DNA from: Polyangiaceae bacterium
GTDB taxonomy: Bacteria > Myxococcota_A > Polyangia > Polyangiales > Polyangiaceae
Assembly: GCA_023150915.1 (NCBI GenBank)
Contig: JAKLKA010000002.1
Span: 2,338 to 66,337 of the forward strand
Direction of reading: 5' to 3'
Length of the DNA: 64,000 nucleotides
The notes beneath the pieces were generated by a model, which saw only the letters and a list, made by a program, of their open reading frames with translations, searched no databases and was not told where the DNA came from. Numbering within the stretch: the first letter of the stretch is position 1; each line of letters begins with the position of its first letter. Below are positions 40,865-49,934 of this stretch, one piece after another. Both the position numbers and the translations under genes were made by a program.

Positions 40865-41292
40865 TCATTCCGGACGTCAACCTGCTGCTCTACGCCGAGA
40901 TCGACGCTTACCCGCAGCACCGGCTGGCGCGCAAGTGGTGGGAGGCATTGCTGGGGGGTGAGCGCGCTGTGGGCATCGCGCCCGCCACTCTGTTCGGGTT
41001 CCTGCGCATCAGCACCAACCGTCGGGTGTTCTCGGACCCGTTGACGATCGACGATGCGATCTTCCGGATCGAGGGCTGGCTTCGGCAGCCCTGCGCGACA
41101 TTCTTGGTCCCCGGCCCCCGGCACCTGGAAACGGCCTTTCGGCTGTTGAAGCAGATCGGCGTCGGGGGGAACCTCACGACGGATGTGCAGCTCGCTGCGC
41201 ATGCCATCGAACAGGGCGGAGAGCTGCACTCCAACGACACCGACTTCGCCCGCTTCGAGGGTCTTCGTTGGGTCAATCCGCTTGCGGGGTGA
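40861..41292 (+). CDS. vapC: Type II toxin, PIN-domain VapC
   Basis: MIIPDVNLLLYA (Asp5)...TTDVQLAAHAIEQGGELHSNDTDFARF; acidic PIN residues present. Confidence 0.85.
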   Translation: MIIPDVNLLLYAEIDAYPQHRLARKWWEALLGGERAVGIAPATLFGFLRISTNRRVFSDPLTIDDAIFRIEGWLRQPCATFLVPGPRHLETAFRLLKQIGVGGNLTTDVQLAAHAIEQGGELHSNDTDFARFEGLRWVNPLAG

Positions 41293-41422
41293 ACCCGTTC
41301 GGGGCAGCGCTCCATGTGGCATCGAGACACGGGGCGGCGCGGGCACCTCGCGCTCTGCGCCGGTTTGGCGATGAAGGAAGTGCGGTGCCCAACGCCTCCT
41401 TGACGCGCTGGCCGTCGCCGTC

Positions 41423-41923
41423 TTGACTCGCGCCGTGCAAACCACCGCCGCGCGCTGGGGGGCCCTCGCGATCTGGCTCGCGACCGCGCCGCTGCTCGCC
41501 TTCTCGGGCAGCTCACCGTCGTTCCATCCGGGCGCCATCGTCGACGTCGACATCAGCCTGGTGAGCAGCGACGCGCACGACCTGTCGTGCTCGTGGGATC
41601 GTAGCGCGTGGGGCCATGCCTGCGGTTATCGCGACGGGGGTCGGACCGTGCAGGCCCACGGCACGCTGGTCCCCACCGTGACCGCCGATCGGAAGACGCT
41701 GGTCGTGCCTGGCCTGTTCCGAGAGCCCCAGGTCGCGGCACGCGTCGCGGCCGACGCCGGTCGCGAGCGCGACGCGCAGCAGCGCTTCGTGGTGCGCTGC
41801 CGGGTCCGGGTGCTCCAGCAACTCAGCGGCGTGCAGGTGCGGTTCGCGGCGGGCGCCGCCTTCGAGCCGCCTTCCAAGCAGTGGTTGGCGGCGCCCCTTG
41901 CCTGCCAGGTTCTGCCCGGCTGA
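41423..41923 (+). CDS. Secreted hypothetical protein
   Basis: TTG 41423 or GTG 41435; signal-like WGALAIWLATAPLLAFSG; ends 3 nt before PMT paralog 2. Confidence 0.5.
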   Translation: MTRAVQTTAARWGALAIWLATAPLLAFSGSSPSFHPGAIVDVDISLVSSDAHDLSCSWDRSAWGHACGYRDGGRTVQAHGTLVPTVTADRKTLVVPGLFREPQVAARVAADAGRERDAQQRFVVRCRVRVLQQLSGVQVRFAAGAAFEPPSKQWLAAPLACQVLPG

Positions 41924-41926
41924 ACC

Positions 41927-43231
41927 ATGCGGCGCAAGTTGCTTCAATCGCTGCGCGCTCCCGACGCGCCCCTGATCACGGCGGCGATCGTGATGATCGT
42001 GTTCGGCATTGGCCTGCGCGCGCAGCGCCTCGCGTTTCCCCGCGGGCTCACCTGGGACGAGCACCACTTCGTGCTCAACGCCAAGACCTATCTCGCGCAC
42101 CAGCCCGATCTGAACGACCATCCGCCGCTTGGGAAGCTGCTGATCGCGCTGCCGATCCACCTCTTGGGGGATACGTCGCTGGCCTGGCGGCTGGCGCCCT
42201 TTCTGCTCGGCTGCGTGAACATCGTGCTGGTGGGGCTGATCGCGGCCTGGGTCGCCGAGCGTCGCACCGCGTTCTGGGTCGGCGCGGCGCTGGCGGCGGT
42301 CGACGGCTTCTTGATCGCGTATTCGCGGTCCGCCCTCCTCGACGGCATGCTGGCTTGCTCGTGCATGGCAGCGGTGCTGACCGCGCTCCGCGCCCGCTCG
42401 TGGCCCAGCTTCGCCCTGGCTTCGCTTCTGCTCGGCTCTGCCTGCGCCATCAAGTACAGCGCTGTGGTGTTCGTGCCGGTGCTGCTCTGGGTCGCGGTGA
42501 GCAAGCGGTCGAAGATCGCTTCGACGTTCACGCTTGGCCTGGTGCCCGCGGCCTACACCGGCTGGTTCAGCTTGGGCCTGTGGATGGCGAAGCAGCCCTT
42601 CGGCCCGTCTGCGGTGGTCGCCGAGACCAAACGCCTGTACCTGCACCACGCCAGCCTCACGCACTGGAAGCATCCGCTCTTGTCGCACTGGTACGAGTGG
42701 TTCTTGCCGACGCGCCCCATCCCGATGCGCAACGACCCGCTCAGCGACGGCCGCATGCGGGTGCTCACCGCGATGGGTAACCCGCTGGTGTGGTGGCTGG
42801 TGAACCTGGCCCTGCTGTTCGCCATCGGGTCCGTGGTGGTGGCGTTGGTGCTGGCGCTCAGGCGCCGTGCCCTGGGCCCGGCCACTCGTCGTGCGCTGGC
42901 GCTCGCGGGGCCCACCGCACGCCGCAGCCTGATCGTGGCGGCCTGGTGCGCGCCCATCGTGCCGTGGTGGGTCTCGGCACGTGACTCGTACGTCTATCAC
43001 TACCTTCCGGCCTACGCGTTCGGCGTGGTGCTGGTGGCGGCGCTGTTCGCGGCCGCGCTCCGTCGCTTCCGCACTGCGGCCTTCGTCGGGCTGCTGGTGG
43101 TGGGCCAGGTCGGCTTCTACTACTCGCCGGTCTGGGGGCAGAACCCGATCTCGCGCGAGGGCGTCGAGCAGCGCGCGCTCTGGCGGCGCTGGCACGTCGG
43201 GTTTACGCTGCGATCGCCATTCGATCCTTGA
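41927..43231 (+). CDS. GT39/PMT-family glycosyltransferase (paralog 2)
   Basis: WDEHHFV, NDHPPLGKLLIALP, IAYSRSALLDG; same motifs and order as 36988..38352. Confidence 0.8.
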   Translation: MRRKLLQSLRAPDAPLITAAIVMIVFGIGLRAQRLAFPRGLTWDEHHFVLNAKTYLAHQPDLNDHPPLGKLLIALPIHLLGDTSLAWRLAPFLLGCVNIVLVGLIAAWVAERRTAFWVGAALAAVDGFLIAYSRSALLDGMLACSCMAAVLTALRARSWPSFALASLLLGSACAIKYSAVVFVPVLLWVAVSKRSKIASTFTLGLVPAAYTGWFSLGLWMAKQPFGPSAVVAETKRLYLHHASLTHWKHPLLSHWYEWFLPTRPIPMRNDPLSDGRMRVLTAMGNPLVWWLVNLALLFAIGSVVVALVLALRRRALGPATRRALALAGPTARRSLIVAAWCAPIVPWWVSARDSYVYHYLPAYAFGVVLVAALFAAALRRFRTAAFVGLLVVGQVGFYYSPVWGQNPISREGVEQRALWRRWHVGFTLRSPFDP

Positions 43232-43938
43232 CTGCCCGCGGGCTCGCGTTACGAGACCCGCCGGTGACGTCACCTGCCCAGGCTTCGGCCCTCACCACCC
43301 TCGCGGGTGTCTCTCCTCGCCTGCGCCACGGGGTGTTCGCGCTGATCGCGCTCCTGGCCATCGGCAACGCCGTGGGCACGGCGCTCTCACCCTATCTGGT
43401 GGTGCGGCACCCGCTGTTCTTGGTGGCGATTTCTCCCGAGGGGCGTCACGTGGTGCTGGCCACCGCCGGTGTTGCGCCCGTGCTCTTGGTGGTGGTCGGC
43501 ACGCTGCGCCGCCTGTTGGGTATCGTCGCGGGCTACGGCCTGGGCTCGATGTATGGCGAGGCCGCGGTGCGCTGGGCCGAGCAGCGCGTCCCGCGCTTCG
43601 CGCGCATCATCCGTTTCTTCGAGCGCGCCTTCGCGCGCTTCGGCATGGTCCTGGTGTTCGTGGTGCCGCTGCCGTCGATCGGTGTCCTGGCGGGCGCATC
43701 ACGGGCGCGCTTCCGCTGGGTGGTGCTGGCCGGCGTCTTCGGCCAGGCCACGTGGATGACGCTGACCGTGCTGTTCGGCGAGGCCATTGCCAACTGGACG
43801 CAGCCAGTTCTCGCGTTCTTCTCTCGCCACCTGGTCGAGAGCACGATCGTTGCCGCGGCCCTGGTGGGCTTGCAGCAGCTGGTGGCCTACCAGAAGCGAC
43901 GGCGCGCCCGCCCGCCCGAGGCGCCCGCCGACGGCTGA
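43228..43938 (+). CDS. VTT-domain (DedA/TVP38-like) membrane protein, tentative
   Basis: Multi-TM; LLGIVAGYGLGSMYG and VVPLPSIGVLAGASRARF resemble VTT-domain patterns; start TTG 43228 (overlaps PMT stop) or GTG 43264. Confidence 0.45.
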   Translation: MTARGLALRDPPVTSPAQASALTTLAGVSPRLRHGVFALIALLAIGNAVGTALSPYLVVRHPLFLVAISPEGRHVVLATAGVAPVLLVVVGTLRRLLGIVAGYGLGSMYGEAAVRWAEQRVPRFARIIRFFERAFARFGMVLVFVVPLPSIGVLAGASRARFRWVVLAGVFGQATWMTLTVLFGEAIANWTQPVLAFFSRHLVESTIVAAALVGLQQLVAYQKRRRARPPEAPADG

Positions 43939-43939
43939 A

Positions 43940-46900
43940 TTACTCGCCGCCCACGAACTCCCAGTCGGCGGCGAACTCTTCACCCTTCGGCGTCGAGAGC
44001 GCCTCGCCGCCCGGGCCGTCGCGCCGCACCACGATGGTGTGCCGGCTGGCGGTGTCCTCGTTCTCACGGGCGACCACCGTGACCACGTTCATGCCGGGGT
44101 TGAGCGCTGCGTCGAAGCCGAACTTGAGCTTCAGCGGGTCGGTGCCCTTTCGATTGGACTGGTAGAAGACCTTGTGCGCGCCCACGAAGACGTAGACGTC
44201 GAGCACGCGGTCGCCGTCCGTGGCCGTGCCCTCGATCTTCACCTTGTCGCCGCGCATGGCCAAGCCCGCCGGCTCGAGCGTGATCAGCGGCGGTGAGTGG
44301 GTGAGGTGCGGCTTGAAGGTCGGCTTGCCGGCACCGGCGCCGTCTTTCAGAGCCGAGGTCTCGACGAACCCGAACCGGTCGCCGTCGATGCGCACCTTGG
44401 TGAAGCCGGCGAAGGTGCCCAGGCGGTCGACCACCGAGCCCTTGGCCAGCTCGCCCACCACCGCGACACTGGCCTGCGGCTGGCCGCGCACCTGGGCCGG
44501 CTGCTCCACGCTGACCTTGCCCGAGGCCTGGTTGATGAACACGCCGGCGCGCGTGACCGGGATCACGATCTTCTCGCTGGTCACCACCCGCAGGTCGCGG
44601 TCGGCAATGCTCATCTCGAGCTTCGCGAAGTTGTCGGTCAGGCCGTCCAGCACGTCGAAGGTGAAAGCCACCTCGCGCGTGTCGCCGGGGTTCATGCTGG
44701 GCAGCTCGAAGCGCCCGCCGCGCAGGTACAGACCGTCACCCGTCAGGTTGCGGATGTTGGCCTGGGTCTCGTAAGACTTGCCGGTGCCGACGTTCTTCAC
44801 CGTCAAGAAGACGGTGACGCCTTCCCCGCGCTGCACCTGGCCGTCGCCGTTGGCCGAGCGGCTGTCGGCCACCTGATACGAGAACGCAAAGGCCGGGCGC
44901 GGCAGGCTCTGCACCGTGGGCCTCAGCTCTTGGTCCTTGGGTGCCGCGCCGCCCTCGGCGAAGAAGCGCACCTTCACCACGTCTTGCCTCGTGGTGGCGT
45001 CGAGCGGGATCTTGCACACCCGCTTCGCGTCGGTCGGCACCGGCTTGGTGCTGCCGGGCTTCTTGCCGTCGAGCTCGCACCAGCCGAATGGGACCGTTGC
45101 GGTGCGCGACTTGCCCGGCTCGATCTTGCCGAAAGCCAGCTCTTTCTCGTCGTAATAGCCGCCGTCGCTCTTGGTCACCGCGCGCAGCTGGTGGATCGGC
45201 TCGGTGCCGTTGTTCTTCACCGTGACCTTCAGGTTCATCGGCTCGCCGGCCGTCACGGTGTCGCCCTTCCGGTCGGTCTCGAGCTTCACTTCGTAGTCGT
45301 CCGGGCCTGGCCCCTTCGCGTCCTTCGCCGGCGCGCCCCAGTCGATGCCCAGCTTCTGCAGGTCGGTGGTGATGGCCTGGATCTGCCCGTCTTGCGCCTT
45401 CTCGACCACGGGCTTGGCGGCGCGCACCTGGTCGGGGCGCTTGCCCTGCGGCAGCTTGCCCACCAGGTCGCGGCAGAAGGTGACGGGGAAGTCGAGCTGG
45501 AACTCGTCTTCCAGGTCGCCGCCCAGGTCGCGCATCTTGGCCCGCTCTTCTTCCGGCAGGTTGTAACGCAGCTTGTAGTGCGGGCGATCACTCGAGCGCT
45601 TGCTGGCGCCGCCCAGGCTCTTGGAGAGGTCGCGCTCGCGCACCGGGCTCTCTTCGCTGTAGAGGTCCATCTCCAGCGTGTCGGCGGTCATCGGATCGAG
45701 CTGCACGTCGGGCGCGACGCCCACACCCTGAATCGACACGTCGCCCGGGGTCAGGTACTGCGCAATGGTCAGCTTCAGCGCCGCGCCGTCCGGGGTGATG
45801 CGCGGGAACACCAGTTGCACCGTCCCCTTGCCGAAGCTGGTCTGGCCGACGATCACCGCGCGGTCCTGGTTCTTGAGGGCGCCGGACACAATCTCGCTGG
45901 CGCTCGCGCTCGAGCCGCTCTGCAGCACGACGATCGGGTAGTTCGGCTCGGTGCCGCGGGGCGTGGCCTTCTTCTCTTCGCGCCCCTCGGCGGCGCCCAC
46001 CGTGGCGACAATGGGCCCGGTTTCGAGGAATTTGTCGGCGACCTTGGCCGCCTGATCGAGCAGACCACCGGGGTTGCCGCGCAGATCCAGCACCAGGCCC
46101 TTGAGCGGCTCGCTCTTGGCCAGATCGGCCAACGCCGCGTCCAGCTCGTCGGCGGTGCTCGACTGGAACTGCTTGAGCCGCACGTAGCCGATGCCGGGCG
46201 AGAGCGCCCGGTAGTCCACGCTCTTGATGCGGATCTCTTCGCGGGTCAGCTCGAAGGGGCGCGAGCCCTGCCAGCCCTCGTTGCCGTCGCGGTGCACCCA
46301 GATGGTCACCTTCGAGCCGGGCTTGCCGCGCAGGCGCTTCACCGCGTCGTCCAGCGGCATGTTGAGCGTCGACTCGTTGTTGATCTTGGTGATGCGGTCC
46401 ATGCGCTTCAGCCCGGCGCGCCCGGCGGGCGTCTCGGGCATGGGGCGCATGATGGTCAGCTGCTGGTCGCGGATCGAGATCACGATGCCCAGGCCGCCGA
46501 AGTGCCCGGACGTCGACAGGTTCATCTCCTTGTAGGCTTCGGGGCTCAAGAAGACGCTGTGCGGGTCCAGGGTGCGCAACATGCCGTTGCAGGCGGCGTA
46601 CTCGATGTCGCGCAGGTCGACCTCGGTGTCTTTCAGGTTCGTCTGCAAGAACGCGAACACCTCGCGCAGCCGCGCGGCCACGTCCCACGGCCCCTGGATG
46701 TTGTCGACGCGGAACTCTTTCTCTTCGGTGTCGGCCCGGACCTTCACGGTGGGGGACTTCTCGTCGTGCAGGATGATGACCTGCGCGACCTCTTTCTGGA
46801 CCTGGTTGAGCGCCGACAAGAACATCTGTTGCGGCTTCACCCGCCCGGGCTCGACGTACTTGTCGCGGATGGTCTTGAGCGTCTCGTTGACGGCGGTGAG

Positions 46901-47068
46901 CTGGGTCAGATCGTAGGGCGTCTTGTTGCCGCCAGGCGCGCTCACGGCGTGGGCCGCCTCGAGCCCCTTCCACAGGCCCCCGGTGCCGAACTGAAGTGCG
47001 AAGTACGAGGCGAGGGCGAACACCCCCAGGACGACGATCGCGCGGCCAAGCCGCTCCAGAATTCGCAT
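43940..47068 (-). CDS. S41-family C-terminal processing peptidase with ~500-aa C-terminal extension
   Basis: ORF 43940..48241 trimmed to ATG 47068 (MRILERLG...); PDZ region, LDLRGNPGG, catalytic GSSASASEI and SFGKGTVQ. Confidence 0.85.
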   Translation of the reverse strand: MRILERLGRAIVVLGVFALASYFALQFGTGGLWKGLEAAHAVSAPGGNKTPYDLTQLTAVNETLKTIRDKYVEPGRVKPQQMFLSALNQVQKEVAQVIILHDEKSPTVKVRADTEEKEFRVDNIQGPWDVAARLREVFAFLQTNLKDTEVDLRDIEYAACNGMLRTLDPHSVFLSPEAYKEMNLSTSGHFGGLGIVISIRDQQLTIMRPMPETPAGRAGLKRMDRITKINNESTLNMPLDDAVKRLRGKPGSKVTIWVHRDGNEGWQGSRPFELTREEIRIKSVDYRALSPGIGYVRLKQFQSSTADELDAALADLAKSEPLKGLVLDLRGNPGGLLDQAAKVADKFLETGPIVATVGAAEGREEKKATPRGTEPNYPIVVLQSGSSASASEIVSGALKNQDRAVIVGQTSFGKGTVQLVFPRITPDGAALKLTIAQYLTPGDVSIQGVGVAPDVQLDPMTADTLEMDLYSEESPVRERDLSKSLGGASKRSSDRPHYKLRYNLPEEERAKMRDLGGDLEDEFQLDFPVTFCRDLVGKLPQGKRPDQVRAAKPVVEKAQDGQIQAITTDLQKLGIDWGAPAKDAKGPGPDDYEVKLETDRKGDTVTAGEPMNLKVTVKNNGTEPIHQLRAVTKSDGGYYDEKELAFGKIEPGKSRTATVPFGWCELDGKKPGSTKPVPTDAKRVCKIPLDATTRQDVVKVRFFAEGGAAPKDQELRPTVQSLPRPAFAFSYQVADSRSANGDGQVQRGEGVTVFLTVKNVGTGKSYETQANIRNLTGDGLYLRGGRFELPSMNPGDTREVAFTFDVLDGLTDNFAKLEMSIADRDLRVVTSEKIVIPVTRAGVFINQASGKVSVEQPAQVRGQPQASVAVVGELAKGSVVDRLGTFAGFTKVRIDGDRFGFVETSALKDGAGAGKPTFKPHLTHSPPLITLEPAGLAMRGDKVKIEGTATDGDRVLDVYVFVGAHKVFYQSNRKGTDPLKLKFGFDAALNPGMNVVTVVARENEDTASRHTIVVRRDGPGGEALSTPKGEEFAADWEFVGGE

Positions 47069-47104
47069 CGGACGGGCAGTATACCCTGGTAGTCTGCCGC
47101 GGCC

Positions 47105-47569
47105 ATGTCCCTGAGCTGCCCCCGCGACCGAAGCGCGCTCGAGCCCCAGACTTACGAGGCGAAGATCGAAATCGACGCTTGTCCAACGTGTCGCGGCGTA
47201 TGGCTCGACCAGGGCGAGCTCGAGGCCATTCAAGAAGCCAAAGAGCACGACTATTCCCAGACCCTGGCCAACCTGCCCGACTCGGTGGCGCGCAGCATCA
47301 ACAAGGTCGCGCAGTCCGTCGCCGGCCCGGTGGGCTGCCCGAAGTGCGGCGCCGAGATGGACGTGCGCGAGTACGCCTATTGCTCGCAGATCATCATCGA
47401 CACCTGCCCCGAGGGCTGCGGCATCTGGCTCGACGCGGGCGAACTGCAGGCGCTCGAGAAGTTCTTCGAGCGAAGCCAGGCCGAAGCGGGTGACGTGATC
47501 CCGCTGCGCTGGCGGCTGTGGGCCACGCTCGCTGGCGCCTTCAAGAAGCGCGCGCCCGGACCGAAGTAG
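47105..47569 (+). CDS. Zinc-ribbon (zf-TFIIB-like) domain protein
   Basis: Two copies of CPxC...WLDxGEL (CPTCRGVWLDQGEL, CPEGCGIWLDAGEL). Confidence 0.7.
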   Translation: MSLSCPRDRSALEPQTYEAKIEIDACPTCRGVWLDQGELEAIQEAKEHDYSQTLANLPDSVARSINKVAQSVAGPVGCPKCGAEMDVREYAYCSQIIIDTCPEGCGIWLDAGELQALEKFFERSQAEAGDVIPLRWRLWATLAGAFKKRAPGPK

Positions 47570-47623
47570 GGGCGGCTGGCGGTGGCGCCGGCGCGCCTCG
47601 AACGAATCGAGTAGAGTCCGCGC

Positions 47624-48310
47624 GTGGCTCGCGCTCTCTGGGTCCTGGCACTCTCCGCAGTGGCGTGTCGCACGCCCTCCAGCGCGCCCGCGGGCGGCAC
47701 CACGGCGCCCGCCCCCACCGGCGAGGCACCCGCTCCAGTGTCCAGCGCCGCAGCGGCCGGACCGCCGGCGCCGGTGACCGTGTGCACGCGCGACGCCGAG
47801 TGCGCCGTGGCGCGCGTTGCGACTTCCGGAAAGTGGGCGTGCTGCGACGCGTGCGGCACCACCCCAGGCACTCGGCGCTGGCACGCAGAGCTGCAGCGCT
47901 GGTGCGCGGCGTACCCGCCCAAGGACTGCTACCCGCTGGCTTGCCCGCAAGGGCCGACGCGCGCCGTGTGTCGTGACGGGCGCTGCGAGGCGACGCCGAA
48001 CGCCATCGACGGGGGCCCGGGCTTCGTCCCGGTCGAGCGGCGTTGCCTGCCTTCGCTGGTCTGCGACGCTTGGTCCGGGTGCACAGAGGCCCGCGGCAAC
48101 GACCAGGATGGTTGGTTCGTCGGGTCGTCCGAGCGCGCCCCCCGGGGCGAGCTGGTCGCGCTGACCCGCGTGGCATTGGTCGACAAGTCCGCCGCCGACG
48201 CCTTTCTCATCCACGACCCGAAGGTGAAGTGCCCGCCCCACACCGTGCCCCCGGTGCTGCCGGCGCCGCCGGTGTGCGTGGAAGCGGGCGGGCAGTGCAA
48301 GCAGAAGTGA
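47624..48310 (+). CDS. Cys-rich lipoprotein
   Basis: GTG 47624: MARALWVLALSAVAC lipobox; Pro/Ala linker; Cys-rich domain (...CRDGRCEA...). Confidence 0.6.
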   Translation: MARALWVLALSAVACRTPSSAPAGGTTAPAPTGEAPAPVSSAAAAGPPAPVTVCTRDAECAVARVATSGKWACCDACGTTPGTRRWHAELQRWCAAYPPKDCYPLACPQGPTRAVCRDGRCEATPNAIDGGPGFVPVERRCLPSLVCDAWSGCTEARGNDQDGWFVGSSERAPRGELVALTRVALVDKSAADAFLIHDPKVKCPPHTVPPVLPAPPVCVEAGGQCKQK

Positions 48311-48739
48311 CTATCGCCCTCGCGCGGTGAGCGCCATGCCGACGAAGGCGCCGTAGGTGCCCAGGAGCTCGACCACCGGCGAGATCTCGATGCTGGTCGG
48401 CAGGCCCACCCAGAACACGCCGCACACCCGGTCGGCGTGCACCAGCGGCGCGACCAGCTGCAGCACTCGGTCTTGACCCATCTGAAAGGTCGGCGCCCGC
48501 GAGCGGGCCACCACGTCGAACAGCCCCGGGAACGGTCGGGCGGCGAGCGGCGGCTCTTCGCGTCCGACACGCGCCAGCTCGTGGAAGACGCCCTGCTCGT
48601 CGCGCTCGCAGAGCACGGCCCAGTCGGCGTCGCACAGCGGGTTTGCCCGCTTCCGTGTGGCAACGCCTTCACGCTGCTGTCGCGTGATAGCCTCGACGCC
48701 TCGACGCCTCGGGGCCCATGCTCGATCCGAATGCCGCAC
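48311..48739 (-). CDS. GAF-like domain protein, start uncertain (GTG 48739 or GTG 48616)
   Basis: C-terminal ...LVAPLVHADRVCGVFWVGL...ELLGTYGAFVGMAL resembles a GAF C-terminal half. The first ~30 codons have poor GC3, so the true start is probably internal. Confidence 0.4.
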   Translation of the reverse strand: MRHSDRAWAPRRRGVEAITRQQREGVATRKRANPLCDADWAVLCERDEQGVFHELARVGREEPPLAARPFPGLFDVVARSRAPTFQMGQDRVLQLVAPLVHADRVCGVFWVGLPTSIEISPVVELLGTYGAFVGMALTARGR

Positions 48740-49173
48740 GCTGCGCCGGCTGCGCCAAGCAGCTGGCCCTTGCCCAGCTCACCTACGACGACAACGGTCG
48801 TCTGCTCTGCGCCAGGTGCCACGCGGTCCAGATGTCGGACCTGACGGGCAAGGTCGCGCTCTCGGCGGACGAATACCGAGCGTGCGAGGTCTGCGGAAAG
48901 AAGCTGGTTCCAGAGCTGGTGCGAGACGGCTCGTCCAACTTCGACACTCGGCGTCGCTACGCTTGCGAGTGCGGGCACGCCTTCTGGATCATGACCTGGC
49001 CGGCCATCTTGATGGCTGCGGTCTTCGGAGCGCTCGGCGCGCTGGGCGCGGGGCACTCCCTCTACGACCAAGATCTGGACGAGATGATCGTCCCCGCGAT
49101 CTTGATGGGCATTGCCTGCCTGCTCTTGCTGCGCGATGCCACGATCCGCCACCGAAACCCGCGGGTGCTTTGA
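48718..49173 (+). CDS. Zinc-ribbon membrane protein
   Basis: CAGC...CARC and CEVC...CECGH Cys pairs, then two TM helices; good GC3 bias. Confidence 0.55.
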   Translation: MLDPNAARCAGCAKQLALAQLTYDDNGRLLCARCHAVQMSDLTGKVALSADEYRACEVCGKKLVPELVRDGSSNFDTRRRYACECGHAFWIMTWPAILMAAVFGALGALGAGHSLYDQDLDEMIVPAILMGIACLLLLRDATIRHRNPRVL

Positions 49174-49204
49174 GCCCCGCGCCGTTCGGCGCATACTGGG
49201 CGCC

Positions 49205-49930
49205 ATGACTCGCGCTCTGTGGGCGTCGCTCGTCGTGCTCGGCATTGCGTTCGGCTGCAGCGGTGACGACGGCGCCGACGGCGTGGCAGGACCCGACGGT
49301 GGCAAGGCAGGCGCCGATGGCAGCGCGGGCCTCGCCGGGTCGGGTGGCGGCTGGCCCGGTGGCAGCGGCGGAAGCAGTGGCGGGACTGGCGGCACGACCA
49401 GCGGCGGCACGGGCGGCACGGTGAGCGGCGGCACGGGCGGCGCGGTGAGCGGCGGCGGCGGCACGCCGACCGGCGGCAGCGGCGGCGTGGACGCGGGCTG
49501 CCCGCTGGGCACCGGGGGTAGCGGCGGCCCCTGCGAGTTCCCGCAGGGCGTCCCCGATCCCGATTTCATCTGCAGTGCGGCCTCGTATCAAGACACCGAT
49601 CCGTCGGTCGACGCCGCGGTGAACGCGGCCATGGCGAAGCTCACCGGCTGCGGCGTGATGAGCGACTGCGACCTCTCGAGCTATGCGGGTGCGACCGCCG
49701 GGGACAAGTGCCAGAGCTTCTTCGCCGCCGTGACCCAAGAGCTGCGCGCTCAAGGGTACTGCGCCGGCCAGCACGCCGTCGGATCCACCGACGAGATCGC
49801 GGTCAGCAAGACCGGCTGCGTCGGCAAGTGGTACGGCTATCACGTCTGCTTCTACGGCGGCCCGAAGGTGGTGTGGAACCCGGGCGCGCGCCGCGGCTGG
49901 TGGGTGATCAAGCCTTCGTATTGCAAGTAG
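49205..49930 (+). CDS. Lipoprotein with Gly/Ser/Thr-rich linker and Cys-rich domain
   Basis: ORF 49112..49930 trimmed to ATG 49205: MTRALWASLVVLGIAFGC lipobox; (SGGTGGTx)n linker. Confidence 0.65.
   Translation: MTRALWASLVVLGIAFGCSGDDGADGVAGPDGGKAGADGSAGLAGSGGGWPGGSGGSSGGTGGTTSGGTGGTVSGGTGGAVSGGGGTPTGGSGGVDAGCPLGTGGSGGPCEFPQGVPDPDFICSAASYQDTDPSVDAAVNAAMAKLTGCGVMSDCDLSSYAGATAGDKCQSFFAAVTQELRAQGYCAGQHAVGSTDEIAVSKTGCVGKWYGYHVCFYGGPKVVWNPGARRGWWVIKPSYCK
49376..49465. repeat. 24-bp tandem repeat, about 3.7 copies, encoding (SGGTGGTx)n
   Basis: Units start at 49376, 49400 and 49424, with a partial unit at 49448; agcggcggcacgggcggcacggtg. Confidence 0.9.
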
Positions 49931-49934
49931 CCGG

